DNA of 63,160 bases, counting the filler, from Octopus bimaculoides (lineage: Eukaryota): the NCBI RefSeq assembly GCF_001194135.2. It is 5 parts of 5 records of this genome, joined end to end, with 100 filler letters (N's around TTAATTAATTAA, not from the genome) between each part and the next. Parts side by side here need not be neighbours in the genome. Positions count along the whole stretch, not along the records: positions 1 to 23,708 come from NC_068982.1; positions 23,809 to 47,282 come from NC_068988.1; 3 more parts are not named here. One strand, written 5' to 3'. The notes under the pieces were generated by a model. It did no database searches. It had not been told where the DNA came from and worked only from the letters and a program-made list of their open reading frames with translations. Positions within the stretch are counted from its first letter, which is position 1. Every line of letters starts with the position of its first letter. A program made the position numbers and the translations under genes. Positions 12,804 through 24,774 of this stretch are shown piece after piece.

Positions 12804-13620
12804 ATGCAGTTTAATACTGGAAAATTTCAAACACTGCACTATCAACTCACAAATACAGTACAATCTACATTTACAGGACCCGAAGGCACTACAATTCCAG
12901 AGTCACAGGCAGTGAAAGACTTGGGGATCAGTATGTGCAATGACACATCATTTCATATGCAAGATGGCAGCAAAGTACAGACAACTGGCAGTATGGATAC
13001 TGAGGTCCTTCAAGACAAGAGATCAAGAAACTATGTTGACCCTGTGAAGCAATCCAATGCCACTACACTAAAAAGATTAAAACAGTGCAGCTGATGAGCT
13101 ACAGGGATAGGCTGAGTAAACTACAGCTTTACTTCCTGGAGCGAAGGCATGAGAGATATGCAATAATATACATATGGAAAATCCTAGAAGGGCTAGCACC
13201 TAACTTTGGCATTGCATGTTATACAAATGGCAGAACTGGCCGCCATTGTATTGTACCAAAGGTACCGTCCACTCCATCTAAATTCAGGACCAGGTATTGC
13301 AATAGCCTAGGGTTCAAAGGCCCAAAGCTCTTCAATGCCCTGCCACAAAAACTAAGAAATTTGCATAAGAAGGAAGTAGATGGTTTCGAAAGGGAACTAG
13401 ACATCCTCCTCTCTACAATACCGAATGAACCAACAGCCCGACATTAGGTACAGACAAGGGTAGCGGAATCAAACTCCCTTATACACCAAATGTATCAACA
13501 ACTGAGACAAAGGCACATATAGGAGTGGTGATGTGAAACACCTAGACTGAGGAAGTCAGAAAGATCATGGTGGTGCTCCAACATGACTACAACCGCATAG
13601 CTGAAATGAGTAAAAGAGTA
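12804..13620 (+). mobile_element. CR1/L2-group LINE copy, inverted relative to 10010-10670
   Basis: QFNTGKFQTL...KDLGI...LERRHERYAIIYIWKILEGLAPNFGI...FRTRYCNSLGFKGPKLFNALP...PNEP, followed by the tail ggtgctccaacatgactacaacc...tgaaatgagtaaaaga. Confidence 0.85.
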
Positions 13621-14180
13621 AGATTGTAGAGGGGCTTATAATTTTTTTTCGTAAAACTCACTGTATAATACAATATGGTATTTATATTTCATAACTGATG
13701 ATAACGATGATGATGATGAATGACTACAATGGTGCTGATAGCACCATGAGAGGAAGATGATAATACTGAGAGAGGTAAAGAACATAATTGTAGTTACAAC
13801 AACAAACTAAAGGATGAGAATATTCAAGCAATAATGAGTATAAACAGTGACAATGAAGACAAGGATGGTGATGTTGATGGTGGTGGTAGTGGTGGTGATA
13901 GTGATGATAATGATGATGAGAGTAGGGTAGGATGACAATAATGTTGTTACCTGGAGTGTTAACAATGATACTGCTGATAGGAATAAGAATGATATTGAAG
14001 TGATGGTAATGGTGGTGGTGGTGATGATGATGATAATGATGGGTTACTATAAGAAACAATAATTGGTACCAAATAAGTCTTTAGAAATTCTTGTTTTAAT
14101 CAAAAATTTGTATGGCTCAAAACAGCTGCTCTTGATTAAAAACAACTTAATTAGCAAAGATCTTTTCTTACAAACATTAC

Positions 14181-14229
14181 CTGTAGAACATGTGCATACA
14201 CTGACAAATACACCACACACACGGGGGTG
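14181..14229 (-). CDS. Possible small exon
   Basis: Strong donor CAG|GTAATG at 14180. Acceptors possible at 14200 (tatttgtcag|) or 14229. Reading frame unresolved. Confidence 0.25.
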
Positions 14230-14696
14230 CTTAAATATATCAATTGTGCAAAGTAGTTGTTTTTGAAAACCCAAGTGAAGCATTCCAATTCATTTAATTT
14301 CGTGAAATGGATAGTTTATATTCTAGAAGGTTATTATTACAAACAGGAATGGTAAACAGAAAACGAAGATAGCATTCACTAAGACTATTTACTAGTTATA
14401 AATAGGTTAAAAGCATTAGTAGACACTGCAAACATTTCTAAAGTATGGGAAAGTTAAAAATAAGATGGATTTCTATTGTTGAAAGTTGGATTATTCAGAA
14501 AGTGTCTAATAATAGAGATATTTTTCAATGGTATCTGACATGTAATGAACTTCCAGGAGAATTTACAAAGATTTTTGACCTGACGAAACATCACATTCTT
14601 TGTAATAGACAAATAAATAGTAATGGGCATTCTTGTCTTACACTAATTGCTTAGTGAGAATAGAAAGCAGTGACTGATTTTCCTCAAGGAGATTCT

Positions 14697-14885
14697 GAGA
14701 CGTTTTGGTTCAGCCATTTTGGCAGAGTTTATTTGGCGTTGCTGATTCAACAACTTATTTGACATGAGAATGTTTTAATGTCTCTCTCTCTCTCCATCCC
14801 TCTCTCTTTGTCTTTGGTATATTAGTGTGAGCATATTTTTCTTTATGTGTATCAGGAGAGGTGAAGTGTATATGTCAGTCATGTT
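14697..14885 (+). repeat. Unclassified repeat with internal (TC)n; second copy at 19130-19435
   Basis: Shared ttttgg.tcagccattttgg...atgttttaatgt(tc)n...gtgagcatatt...tgtgtatcaggagagg. Confidence 0.65.
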
Positions 14886-14888
14886 TAA

Positions 14889-15119
14889 CCCCTTGCAGAC
14901 AGGAAGTGATACTGACCACATCGAAACAGTGTGTGTGTGTGTGTATGTGTGTGAACCGTACGATGTCTCGCTATATGCAGCACTGTGTTTTTGACCATAC
15001 CACGAGAAGAATCTACAAATACATAGTAAAATTCTTTGTATGAAAAATTATGTAGTTACTGAATGGCCTAATAACAGTATAAACCACAGACTGTCAGTAC
15101 TAAATCCATCTGCAAGGGG
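14889..15119. mobile_element. piggyBac-like MITE
   Basis: TTAA on both sides (14885-14888 and 15120-15123) and perfect 11-bp TIRs ccccttgcaga/tctgcaagggg. Confidence 0.75.
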
Positions 15120-15167
15120 TTAATTAATAAATTATAATCTTTCTTTCTATCTGTAAGTGTATATTTC

Positions 15168-15198
<31 letters not shown>

Positions 15199-16020
15199 GA
15201 GCGTGCACACGCACTTCCTTGTCTTGACATCATGCAACAATTGTAAACAAGTATCACCATCAGACAGGCAGTATCCTTCATTCCAGTTATTGACAAATAT
15301 TACTTTGCTTGGAAACAAGTGAGGTTTGATGACAGGAAAGGCATCTGGCTACAGAAAATTTGCCCAAATAAATTCTGTCTGATCCTTGCAGATACAGAAA
15401 AGTGAACATTATCATCAGTCATCATCATCATCATTATTTAACATGTTTTCTATGGTGGCATGAGTTTGACAGTTTGACAGAAACTGGAAAAGTTAAAAGA
15501 CTGCACCAAGTTCTACTGTCTTCTTTGGTATTTCTATGGTTGTATGCTCTTCCTAATATCACACAACAGGCATCTTTAAGTTTCCATCTACCAAATCCAT
15601 TCACAACGTTTTGGTTGGCCCAAGGCCTTAGTAGAAGACACTTGGCCAAGGTACCAGAGTGGGACTGAACTCAAAACCATATGGTTGGGAAGCAAGCTTC
15701 TTACCACACAGCCACGCCTGCACCTATATGTTTAGTTTCAGTCAGGAAGTCAAGGGGAAAAGAAAATAGGTTTGTAAGTCAAGCCTATTATCATATTTGT
15801 TAACCCAATTTTCTATTTCTTACACATTATATGTATTACTGTTCTTGGCCTTTCAATGTTCAACAAGAGACACACAAATTTGCATTTATCAGCTAGTTAA
15901 AATTATAGTTTGTGCATGTGCATTTGTGTACGCATTTTATGAATGCGTGAAAATGAAAATCATACGTGTGTGTATATATATGGACATTAAACGATGATGA
16001 TGATGATTATTATATAGATA

Positions 16021-16240
16021 TATGAGGGAGTACTAAAACGTTCCTGGCTTTGGGTAAAAAAAAATACAGGAGGATCAGTTACTATGATTTTATTCAACAT
16101 ATTCCTCTCTCAGATTCACACACTTATTGCAGCGATCTTTCATTTTTTCTAAACCCTGTAAAAGAACTTGGAAGGTTGAACCTCCAACCAGGCCTTTAAC
16201 GATACCCTTAAAGCCAGGAACTTTTCAGCTATAAGACATT
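16021..16240. mobile_element. mariner-derived MITE
   Basis: Left end ta|tgagggagtactaaaacgttcctggcttt; right end aaagccaggaacttttcagc (truncated inverted copy). Confidence 0.6.
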
Positions 16241-16908
16241 AAAAGTCAGTTTGAATCTTGCTTGCTTGCAATGTTACCCAGCCAAACTGGCACATAATGG
16301 GAAAATACTATGAATTAAATTTACCCTGAAATGATAATACAAATGTAATGAAACAAATTTCATGTAAATTGGAACAGTAGTTATTGAGATATTCAGGGTT
16401 TGGGGATATGAATACCCAAAACGGTGTACAATGGGAAAATGTTCCAAATATAACTTCGTCCTGAAAGGGAAGAAACTCTAACCTTTCAATTAGATTGATT
16501 TGACAATAGAAAAATATGAGTTTTTTTTTTTACAGTAAATGTCAAACACAATATTTTAATGATTTAGAAATATTTTTAAGTGAATGTGATTTCAAAAATG
16601 TAAGCTGTTTGTACAGTATTTATATTTCAGCTTCCTCTAAAAAATATTTTAATGTTTTTTAAAATTATTTTCAAGTGAATACCATTACAAAAATTTTTTG
16701 GGGCATATTTCAAACATATTTTTAGTGAAAATAACTTCAAAAATATGATGAATATTTCATAAAAGACCCGTTCATAACTTCAGTGTGAAACAATTTTTGT
16801 TCCATTTTCAAGTGCATTCAACATATCTCATCTCCAAAGATTTGGGTGCTATTTCTAGCATGTCCTGCTACCATGTAACAGCTATTTGCAATAAAGGACT
16901 CAAAATAC

Positions 16909-17024
16909 CAGTTACGTGGTAGCAGGGCGTACAAGAAATAGAAGCCAAATCTTTCCTTTTCTGGGGAAAGGAGCTGTTTACGCATGATTTCGATGTCATA
17001 TTCATTGAAAGCATGCAAAATAAC
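16909..17024 (-). CDS. Candidate exon (VILHAFNEYDIEIMRKQLLSPEKERFGFYFLYALLPRN...)
   Basis: Very strong acceptor gttttgttttgtgggttttttttttcttttccag|GTT and an open phase-0 frame (ORF track 16818..17096). The donor is ambiguous: C|GTAACT at 16916, TG|GTATTT at 16909, or ATG|GTAGCA at about 16872. Confidence 0.55.
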
Positions 17025-17360
17025 CTGGAAAAGAAAAAAAAAACCCACAAAACAAAACTCCATTGCTGGGAAACTCAGAGTTTCCCAGTGACCCAACAGC
17101 TCATCGGTAATCTAGTATATAAATTTGTAGTGTAATATATGGATTCATAGAATCAAGTGTNNNNNNNNNNNNNNNNNNNNNNNNNNNNNNNNNNNNNNNN
17201 NNNNNNNNNNNNNNNNNNNNNNNNNNNNNNNNNNNNNNNNNNNNNNNNNNNNNNNNNNNNTAATATATATATATAATATATATATATAATATATGTGTGT
17301 GTGTGTGTGTTAAACTTTTACAATAAGAGGGATGATAGTAACTTCCAAGATTCAACCTAC

Positions 17361-17415
17361 TGGCTTGATAGTCTGACAAAGCAAGTAAGCCAAAACTGCA
17401 AAGTCAGCCACCAAT
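17361..17415 (-). CDS. Candidate exon (R-LVADFAVLAYLLCQTIKP)
   Basis: Acceptor aaaagtag| is weak; donor is CCA|GTAGGT. 55 nt, phase 2 in and phase 0 out, matching both neighbours. A competing plus-strand donor (CAA|GTAAGC, about 17384) exists. Confidence 0.4.
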
Positions 17416-18031
17416 CTACTTTTGATATACATTTATAATAAACATGTATTCAACAGAAAAAATAATTCTTCAACTGTAATTGGTTCAACTGTTTCTTTAC
17501 ATGGTTGTTTTTTTTCAGGTGCAGGCATAGCTATGTAGTAAGAAGCTTGCTTCCAACCACATGATTCCAGGTTCAGTCACACTGCATGGCACCTTGGGCA
17601 AGTGTCTCCTGCTATAGCGTCAGGCCAATCAAAGCCTTGTGAGTGGATTTGGTAGATGGAAACTGAAAGAAGCCCATCATGTGTGTGTGTGTGTGTGTGC
17701 GTGTCTTTGTGTCTGTGTTTGTCCCCTATCACCACTTGACAACTGGTGTTCATGTCCTTGTAACTTAGTGATTCAGCAAAAAAGACTGATAGAATAAGTA
17801 CCAGGCTTAAAAAAAAAATAAGTACTGGGGTGGGTCAATACATTTCAACTAAAAATTCTTCAAGGCAATGCCCTAATATGGCCACAGTCTAATGACTGAA
17901 ACAAGTGAAAGATAAAAGATACTTATACCCACACACATACATACACATATATTAAAATTATATATATAATTTTCATTGTGATATCAACTTTTCCATGTTT
18001 GCATGGATAAGGCAAGACTACATTGGTCCTA

Positions 18032-18403
18032 GTGGAGGCGCAATGGCCCAGTGGTTAGGGCAGCGGACTCAAGGTCATAGGATCGCGGTTTCGATTCCCA
18101 GACCGGGCGAAAACACCTAAAGCTCCATGAGGCTCCGGCAGGGGATAGTGGCGAACCCTGCTGTACTCTTCCACCACAACTTTCTCTCACTCTTACTTCC
18201 TGTTTCTGTTGTGCCTGTAATTCAAAGGGTCAGCCTTGTCACACTGTGTCACGCTGAATATCCCTGAGAACTACGTTAAGGGTACACGTGTCTGTGGAGT
18301 GCTCAGCCACTTGCACGTTAATTTCATGAGCAGGCTGTTCTGTTGATCTGATCAACTGGAACCCTCGACGTCGTAAGCGACGGAGTGCCAACAACAACAA
18401 CAA
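18032..18403 (+). mobile_element. Full-length tRNA(Arg)-like-headed SINE (octopus OR-type by recollection)
   Basis: ggaggcgcaatggcccagtggttagggcagcggactc..., (ACA)n tail, and a 12-bp TSD acattggtccta (18020-18031 and 18404-18415). Confidence 0.9.
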
Positions 18404-18527
18404 ACATTGGTCCTAATTAGTTTAAAATAAATTAGTTTCATGTTAGTTTTAATAACATCTCTGATTTATTTGACTGACATTTGTTGAAGAAAGAAATTCC
18501 AAGTTGTTAATACAGCCAGCACAATAC

Positions 18528-18586
18528 CTCTGTTTTATTTGATGTTTTAAACACTCCAGTCTTGACACAGAGTCATTCAACATCAT
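18528..18586 (-). CDS. Candidate exon of unidentified minus-strand gene (MMLNDSVSRLECLKHQIKQ-R)
   Basis: Acceptor tcttctttatcaacag| and donor AG|GTATTG. 59 nt, ends in phase 2, and joins the 17361-17415 exon in frame. Confidence 0.45.
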
Positions 18587-18662
18587 CTGTTGATAAAGAA
18601 GACTATGACTATTCACTAACATTGAGGAATTACATAAATTACATAGCACTGAGCAATCACTA

Positions 18663-18818
18663 TTATTTTAACTTGATGTAATACACAGTGACTCTCATCA
18701 CTAATCCTGCATGACAGAACATGCAGTGTTGTGCCAACCAGAGCTGATGCATGAGATATTTGCTGTCCTGGAACCTATCAGCTGCTTCAAAGAGTTCTGT
18801 TTCCGATTTCAGAGCCAT
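18663..18818 (-). CDS. Possible first coding exon (MALKSETELFEAADRFQDSKYLMHQLWLAQHCMFCHAGL...)
   Basis: 51-codon ORF with an in-frame TAA directly before the ATG and an upstream acceptor ttttgccatag|. Only weak phase-0 donors are present (TTA|GTGATG at 18701). The antisense frame is also open. Confidence 0.3.
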   Translation of the reverse strand: MALKSETELFEAADRFQDSKYLMHQLWLAQHCMFCHAGLVMRVTVYYIKLK

Positions 18819-19229
18819 TTAGTCTGCTATGGCAAAAATTGACTAAAGGCTACACAACAACAACTAAACTTAAGAAGAAAATGAGGAGCTTGAACACACA
18901 CACACACACACAAACACAAAAAACACGTACACACAGAAACACATACACACAAATACACAAACATATATACAATGTAGGAGTCTCTTTGGTTGAAGAATAC
19001 ATAGGAGACACTTTGGCCAGAAATGTTTATTCCATTAATTGCTGCATGAATGGTGATATTATTAAAGGAACTGATCAACAGTAAGACACAAACATCACTA
19101 TGAATGAGATTAATGTTCTTTCCATTTAGGATGAGACATTTTGGCTCAGCCATTTTGGTGGTGCTTATTTGGCATCACTTATTCAACACTGACTTATTTG
19201 AAATCAGATGTTTTAATGTTTCTCTCTCT

Positions 19230-19340
<111 letters not shown>

Positions 19341-19448
19341 TCTCTGCCACTCTCTCTCTCTCTGTTAATGTCAGTGAGCATATTTCTTTTCATGTGTATC
19401 AGGAGAGGGAAAGAGTTTATGTCAGTCATATTCAATCAATTGAAATGA

Positions 19449-19482
<34 letters not shown>

Positions 19483-20272
19483 TTGTATGTGTGTATTTCT
19501 GCATTGTATATGTATGAGCATGTTTGCCTCCAATACTAAAAAGTACTGTTACCAAAACAGGCTGAATGTCCAGTCAGCCGTGCCAAAACATCAGCATCCA
19601 AACAGCTGTGCCCGACCATCTCATCCTGATTCATTTAATATAAATGGCTATAAAAAAAAAACCAATATCCTAATTCTGTGTTTAAACAAGCATACATTTG
19701 TATGATGCCATTTATAAAGAAGGAGACTGATGAATGTCAGAAGGAACTGAGTACCATATTGACCTGAGAATGAAATACTGTAAGAGCACAACAGAATTTC
19801 AAATAAGGTGAATAAATATAAGGGGTGACAAGGAGATCTTTTTTGATCTTTTGTTTTTATTCCGCAGTCATTTGTATAGAAGGAGATATAAATATATATA
19901 CTACTTCATATGATATTTCATAAATTTCTAATAAATAAGAAAATCTAAGTCTTGTAAGTGGATTTGGCTGAGGGAAATATAAAGCCCATCACACACACAC
20001 ATATATGTGTATATATATATAGGTTTCAAATTATGGCACAAGGATAGCAAATTCAGGGAGGGGGTAAGTCGAGTATATCAAACCCAGTGTTCAACTGGTA
20101 AACCCCGAAAGGATGAAAGGTAAAATCAACCTCGGTGGAATTTGAACTAAGAAGATAAAGACAGACAAAATGCTGCTAAGCATTTTGCCTGGTGTGCTAA
20201 CGATACTGCTAGCTCACCACCTTACACACACACACACACACAAATATATATATATATATATATAGATATAGA

Positions 20273-20319
<47 letters not shown>

Positions 20320-22561
20320 ATGCACATGCATGCACAACAACAAAACCTCCTTAAACTGGAAAACCTTAAATAAATGTTGCTCCAGTCAGAATTAAAATTG
20401 CAAAGGAGAACAATTGCACAGTATCAATGTATGGTATAATATAAGCCAAGAAACCAGAAACCCTTTAACAAGTTCAACATTAAAAGGATGAAGGACAACT
20501 TGTAACAACAAGAACACAAAATATAAATCATACTATTATACTATCATCAGCTGCCAAACATATCATCGTCATTGTTTTAACACCTATATTCACACGGATT
20601 GGACAGGATTTATTGATGCAAATTTTCTATGTTAGGTTGCCCTGGGGTAATATTTCCATAGAAATAACTGACACTGTTTGCATAATAGTTACAATCATTT
20701 ACAACTTATCACAAAATGTCAAGACAAGGAGGCACAAACATGCCTACACTCATGCATACATATATACATGCATATATATATGACAACAGGTTTTTTTTCA
20801 GTTTCCATCTACCAAATCCACTTACAAGGCTTTGTTTGGCCTAGGGCTATTGGAGAAGACACTTGCCCAAAGTGCCATGTAGTGGGACTGAACGCAAAAC
20901 ACGTGGTTGTGAAGTCAACTTCTCAACCACACAACACTTCTGCACCACTTGGAGCTATGGCTGCTCCTATTATCTATTTGTATCTGTGTCACCTTGTCTT
21001 GACATCACACAATAAATATAAATGAGCAGGAAAGTCATCCAGCTGTAGGAAATCAGCTTCAACAAATCCCATCTGACCTTGCAAGAACAGAAAAAGGATT
21101 GTTATGATGATGATGATGATGATGATTATTATTATAATGATGAAATAGGTACAAGCATGGCTGTGTAGATGCAGGGATGATGTATGGTCAAAACATTCAC
21201 TCCACAATAGTACGATTCCAGGTTCAGTCCCACTGTGTGTTATCTAAGGCACTTGTCTTTTCCACTATAGTCCTGGGCCAAATGGAACTTCTGCATTGCG
21301 ATGGCGTTAAAAACACAGTGGTAACGAAACAACTGTAACTGGTCGTTAAAGATATGCTAAACTGTCTCGTCTTATTTTTGTGTGTGTGTGTGTGTGTGTG
21401 TTGTGCGTGTGAGCACACATGCATTTATACATAAATTCACGCACATGCACATATACATTTGTATATTGTACATACATACATATAAAAATATATGCACACA
21501 TATATAAATTAAATCTGGAACAAAGAACATTGCAAAAGTGCGAGAAACAAAAGCTAATGCAATGAAGAACAACACTTAAGATGTGAATGTACTCAACATA
21601 CAAAAATGAATAAATAAATAGGATGAAATTGTCAGCATTCTTGAAGAATTCTTGTCATTACATGAAAGAACTACTGGACCAAACAGTCAGCCATAGAACA
21701 ATGCATTCGTTTGGGAGAAAGAGTCATAGCAACATCAAGGCAAAGAAAAATGTGTGGTCGTCTGGTCTATCAAGGAATTCAATTGTGTTCAGAAAACTAA
21801 GAGATAAAAGAAGAGGTGTGGGGGATAAAAGGGAGATTGGATTAATGATGTTGAGAGGGGGACTGTGATGAGGACTCTGGAATGTATGAAGGGAACCCAA
21901 AGACTAGGTGGGGGTAGGGTGAAAAAGTGCTATGGGAATAATTTGAACTATTTCCTTTACCCATCCATATATGAATATATTTATTACATGCACACACATA
22001 TACAAGCAGATATAAATACACATACACAAATATATATACACACATACACACAAGCAAGAATAGACAGATATGCACACACAAACTCATATATACAGACACA
22101 TATACACAGATATATGTACACATTCATACTCACACATGTGCACAAACATAATATGCACACATACGTACTCATATCTACACGCGCGTGCGACATTATAAGC
22201 GCGCATAAATCTTTGGAATTGACATATATTCAGTTGAAATTATATTGTTAACTGTGCAAGAAACAAAAAACACTGCACACACACACACACACACAGATAT
22301 AGAGAGTGTGTATGTATTTATACATAAAAGTATGTATGTATGTGTGAGATGGGTGTTGCAGCACGAGGATAACTAGAACACAAAACATGAGTGTAAACTT
22401 ATTTATATATAAGTACCTTGCTTACCAACCACATGGTTCCGGGTTCAGACCCACTGCATGGCACCTTGGGCAAGTGTCTTCTACTATAGCCTCGGGCCGA
22501 CCAAAGCCTTGTGAGTGGATTTGGTAGACAGAAACTGAAAGAAGCCCGTCGTATATATGTA

Positions 22562-22592
<31 letters not shown>

Positions 22593-22993
22593 NNNNNNNN
22601 NNNNNNNNNNNNNNNNNNNNNNNNNNNNNNNNNNNNNNNNNNAAGGATAGAATAAGTACTAGGCTTACAAAGAATAAGTCGCGGGGTCGATTTTCTCGAC
22701 TAAAGGCAGTGCTCCAGCATGGCCCCAGTCAAATGACTGAAACAAGTAAAAGAGTATATATATGCATGTGTGGATATATATGCATGCGTATATATATATG
22801 CATGCACATATATTCATGTATATATATATGCATCATCATCATCATCATCATCATCGTTTAACGTCCGCTTTCCAAGCTAGCATGGGTTGGACGATTGGAC
22901 TGAGGACTGGTGAAACCGGATGGCAACACCAGGCTCCAATCTAAATTTGGCAGAGTTTCTACAGCTGGATGCCCTTCCTAACGCCAACCACTC

Positions 22994-23036
<43 letters not shown>

Positions 23037-23708
23037 CATGTATGTGTATATATATGTATGCATGTATATATATATATGATATATAATAATAATATTAGGG
23101 AATAAATTCAAAAACCTACAGGGAAAAATTCAATTTTCCCAATATAAAATATATGTATATAATTTAAAGAAAAACTACTATTAAATAATTCAACAAAGAA
23201 GAATTCAACTCATACCCTCCAGAAAACAAATGTAGCACAAAACCTTATTCAAAAAATGAATAAAATACAAAAAGAATAACTCGTATGTGGTATAAAATGA
23301 CTACACACGTTTTGTGGCTATATTTTCAAATTCTATTAATAATCAAATCGATCTACGGTTAAATCTATTCAAAAATATAGTCACTCGTCACGTCTAAAAT
23401 AAAAATAATAATGAAAAAATCAATGTACGTATTGTAACTTATACTAAATATCTAAAAAAAATACTTGTTTTAACAATAAATAAATAAATAATCGAAAAAC
23501 ATGTAATATCCTTTATAATTTTGTGCTAATTTATACACATTCTACTACTACAAATCATAACTAGAACAATTAGTAATATAAACACTAGAGTTCATATAAA
23601 TATACAACAACTAAACTTATTATATAAATAATTTAACTTATGTCTGCATTTAATTTTTCGTTTATCTAGGGAATTAATCAATTTTTCATTATCAGTTAAT
23701 ATCTCCTT

Positions 23709-23808
23709 NNNNNNNNNNNNNNNNNNNNNNNNNNNNNNNNNNNNNNNNNNNNTTAATTAATTAANNNNNNNNNNNNNNNNNNNNNNNNNNNNNNNNNNNN
23801 NNNNNNNN
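23709..23808. other. Artificial scaffold linker N44-TTAATTAATTAA-N44; others centred at 47327-47338, 55768-55779 and 61766-61777
   Basis: An identical 12-mer with stops in all six frames, each inside a 100-bp gap. Confidence 0.95.
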
Positions 23809-23873
<65 letters not shown>

Positions 23874-24715
23874 AAACACACACACAGGTACTTAGACATG
23901 TATATATGTTATGCCCGGACGTATGAAAATATCGAGAAGTGCATGTATACATTTATATATTTCATTTTTCCTGTTTCGTAGTGTATGTCAGTTATATCAA
24001 TATCTGACGGACCTCCACTCAATCGAATAGAATACGTTTGTCATATTCAAGCGTGATGTCAGGAAATCGTGTCACCAATGAGTTTACGCTGAAATTAGTT
24101 TCAAGCAGAATAGATTTACGTGGCAACTACTTCATTCTGTGATCACTAGCCTCAGCTTGTTAGCAACAATACACCCAGAAGACCGTAAGTGGAGCATTCG
24201 CAGACAAAAACATAAGACTCTAAACACGTGCCTTTAGGTAACCACAGCATTTGCATGAATGGCAGTATCTTACCGAAATCTATTTTTGCCTAATGACTGA
24301 ATCGACAATCTTGAATATTTTATGTGCTGAAAAGAGTCACTAGTTTGTTATTCATCCTTGGGCGAATTAAATGATTTCTCATTGGTATCTGTGCTGTGTT
24401 TGTTCCAAAAACAGCCTGGAGACATATATAATTTCTAACCACAATTACTTCGTAAAAATACCTAACGCTATATTCTAACATTTTAAAATTTAGTTTTAAC
24501 TCTACCTACGTGTCTGTTCGATCCGCTCGCATTTGTATACTATTAAAACGCACACGCACACACATACACACACAAGCACACATGCACACATGCACACATG
24601 CACACACTTATACGCTCGAACGAGAATGCATATTTCATTCTATTTATATTTTATATGCAATGAAGAATAATTATGCAAATGTTTGTTTTTACACAAAAGA
24701 ATATTTATGCGATAT

Positions 24716-24774
<59 letters not shown>

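Noticed and set aside
13700-14040. His-rich or Asp/Gly-rich ORFs (also 4179-4413)
   Set aside because: Decayed GAT/GGT trinucleotide low-complexity sequence with no convincing splice signals.
18032-18110. tRNA gene (also 31261 and other SINE heads)
   Set aside because: The tRNA-like head continues into a SINE body, tail and TSD, and it lacks a proper acceptor stem.
19726-19790. Other CUGAUGA sites as hammerheads (also 34724 and 60635)
   Set aside because: None has a stem II closed directly by GAAA or a stem I pairing.
23753-23764. Recurrent TTAATTAATTAA palindrome as a biological motif
   Set aside because: It is always centred in a 100-bp N gap, so it is an assembly linker.
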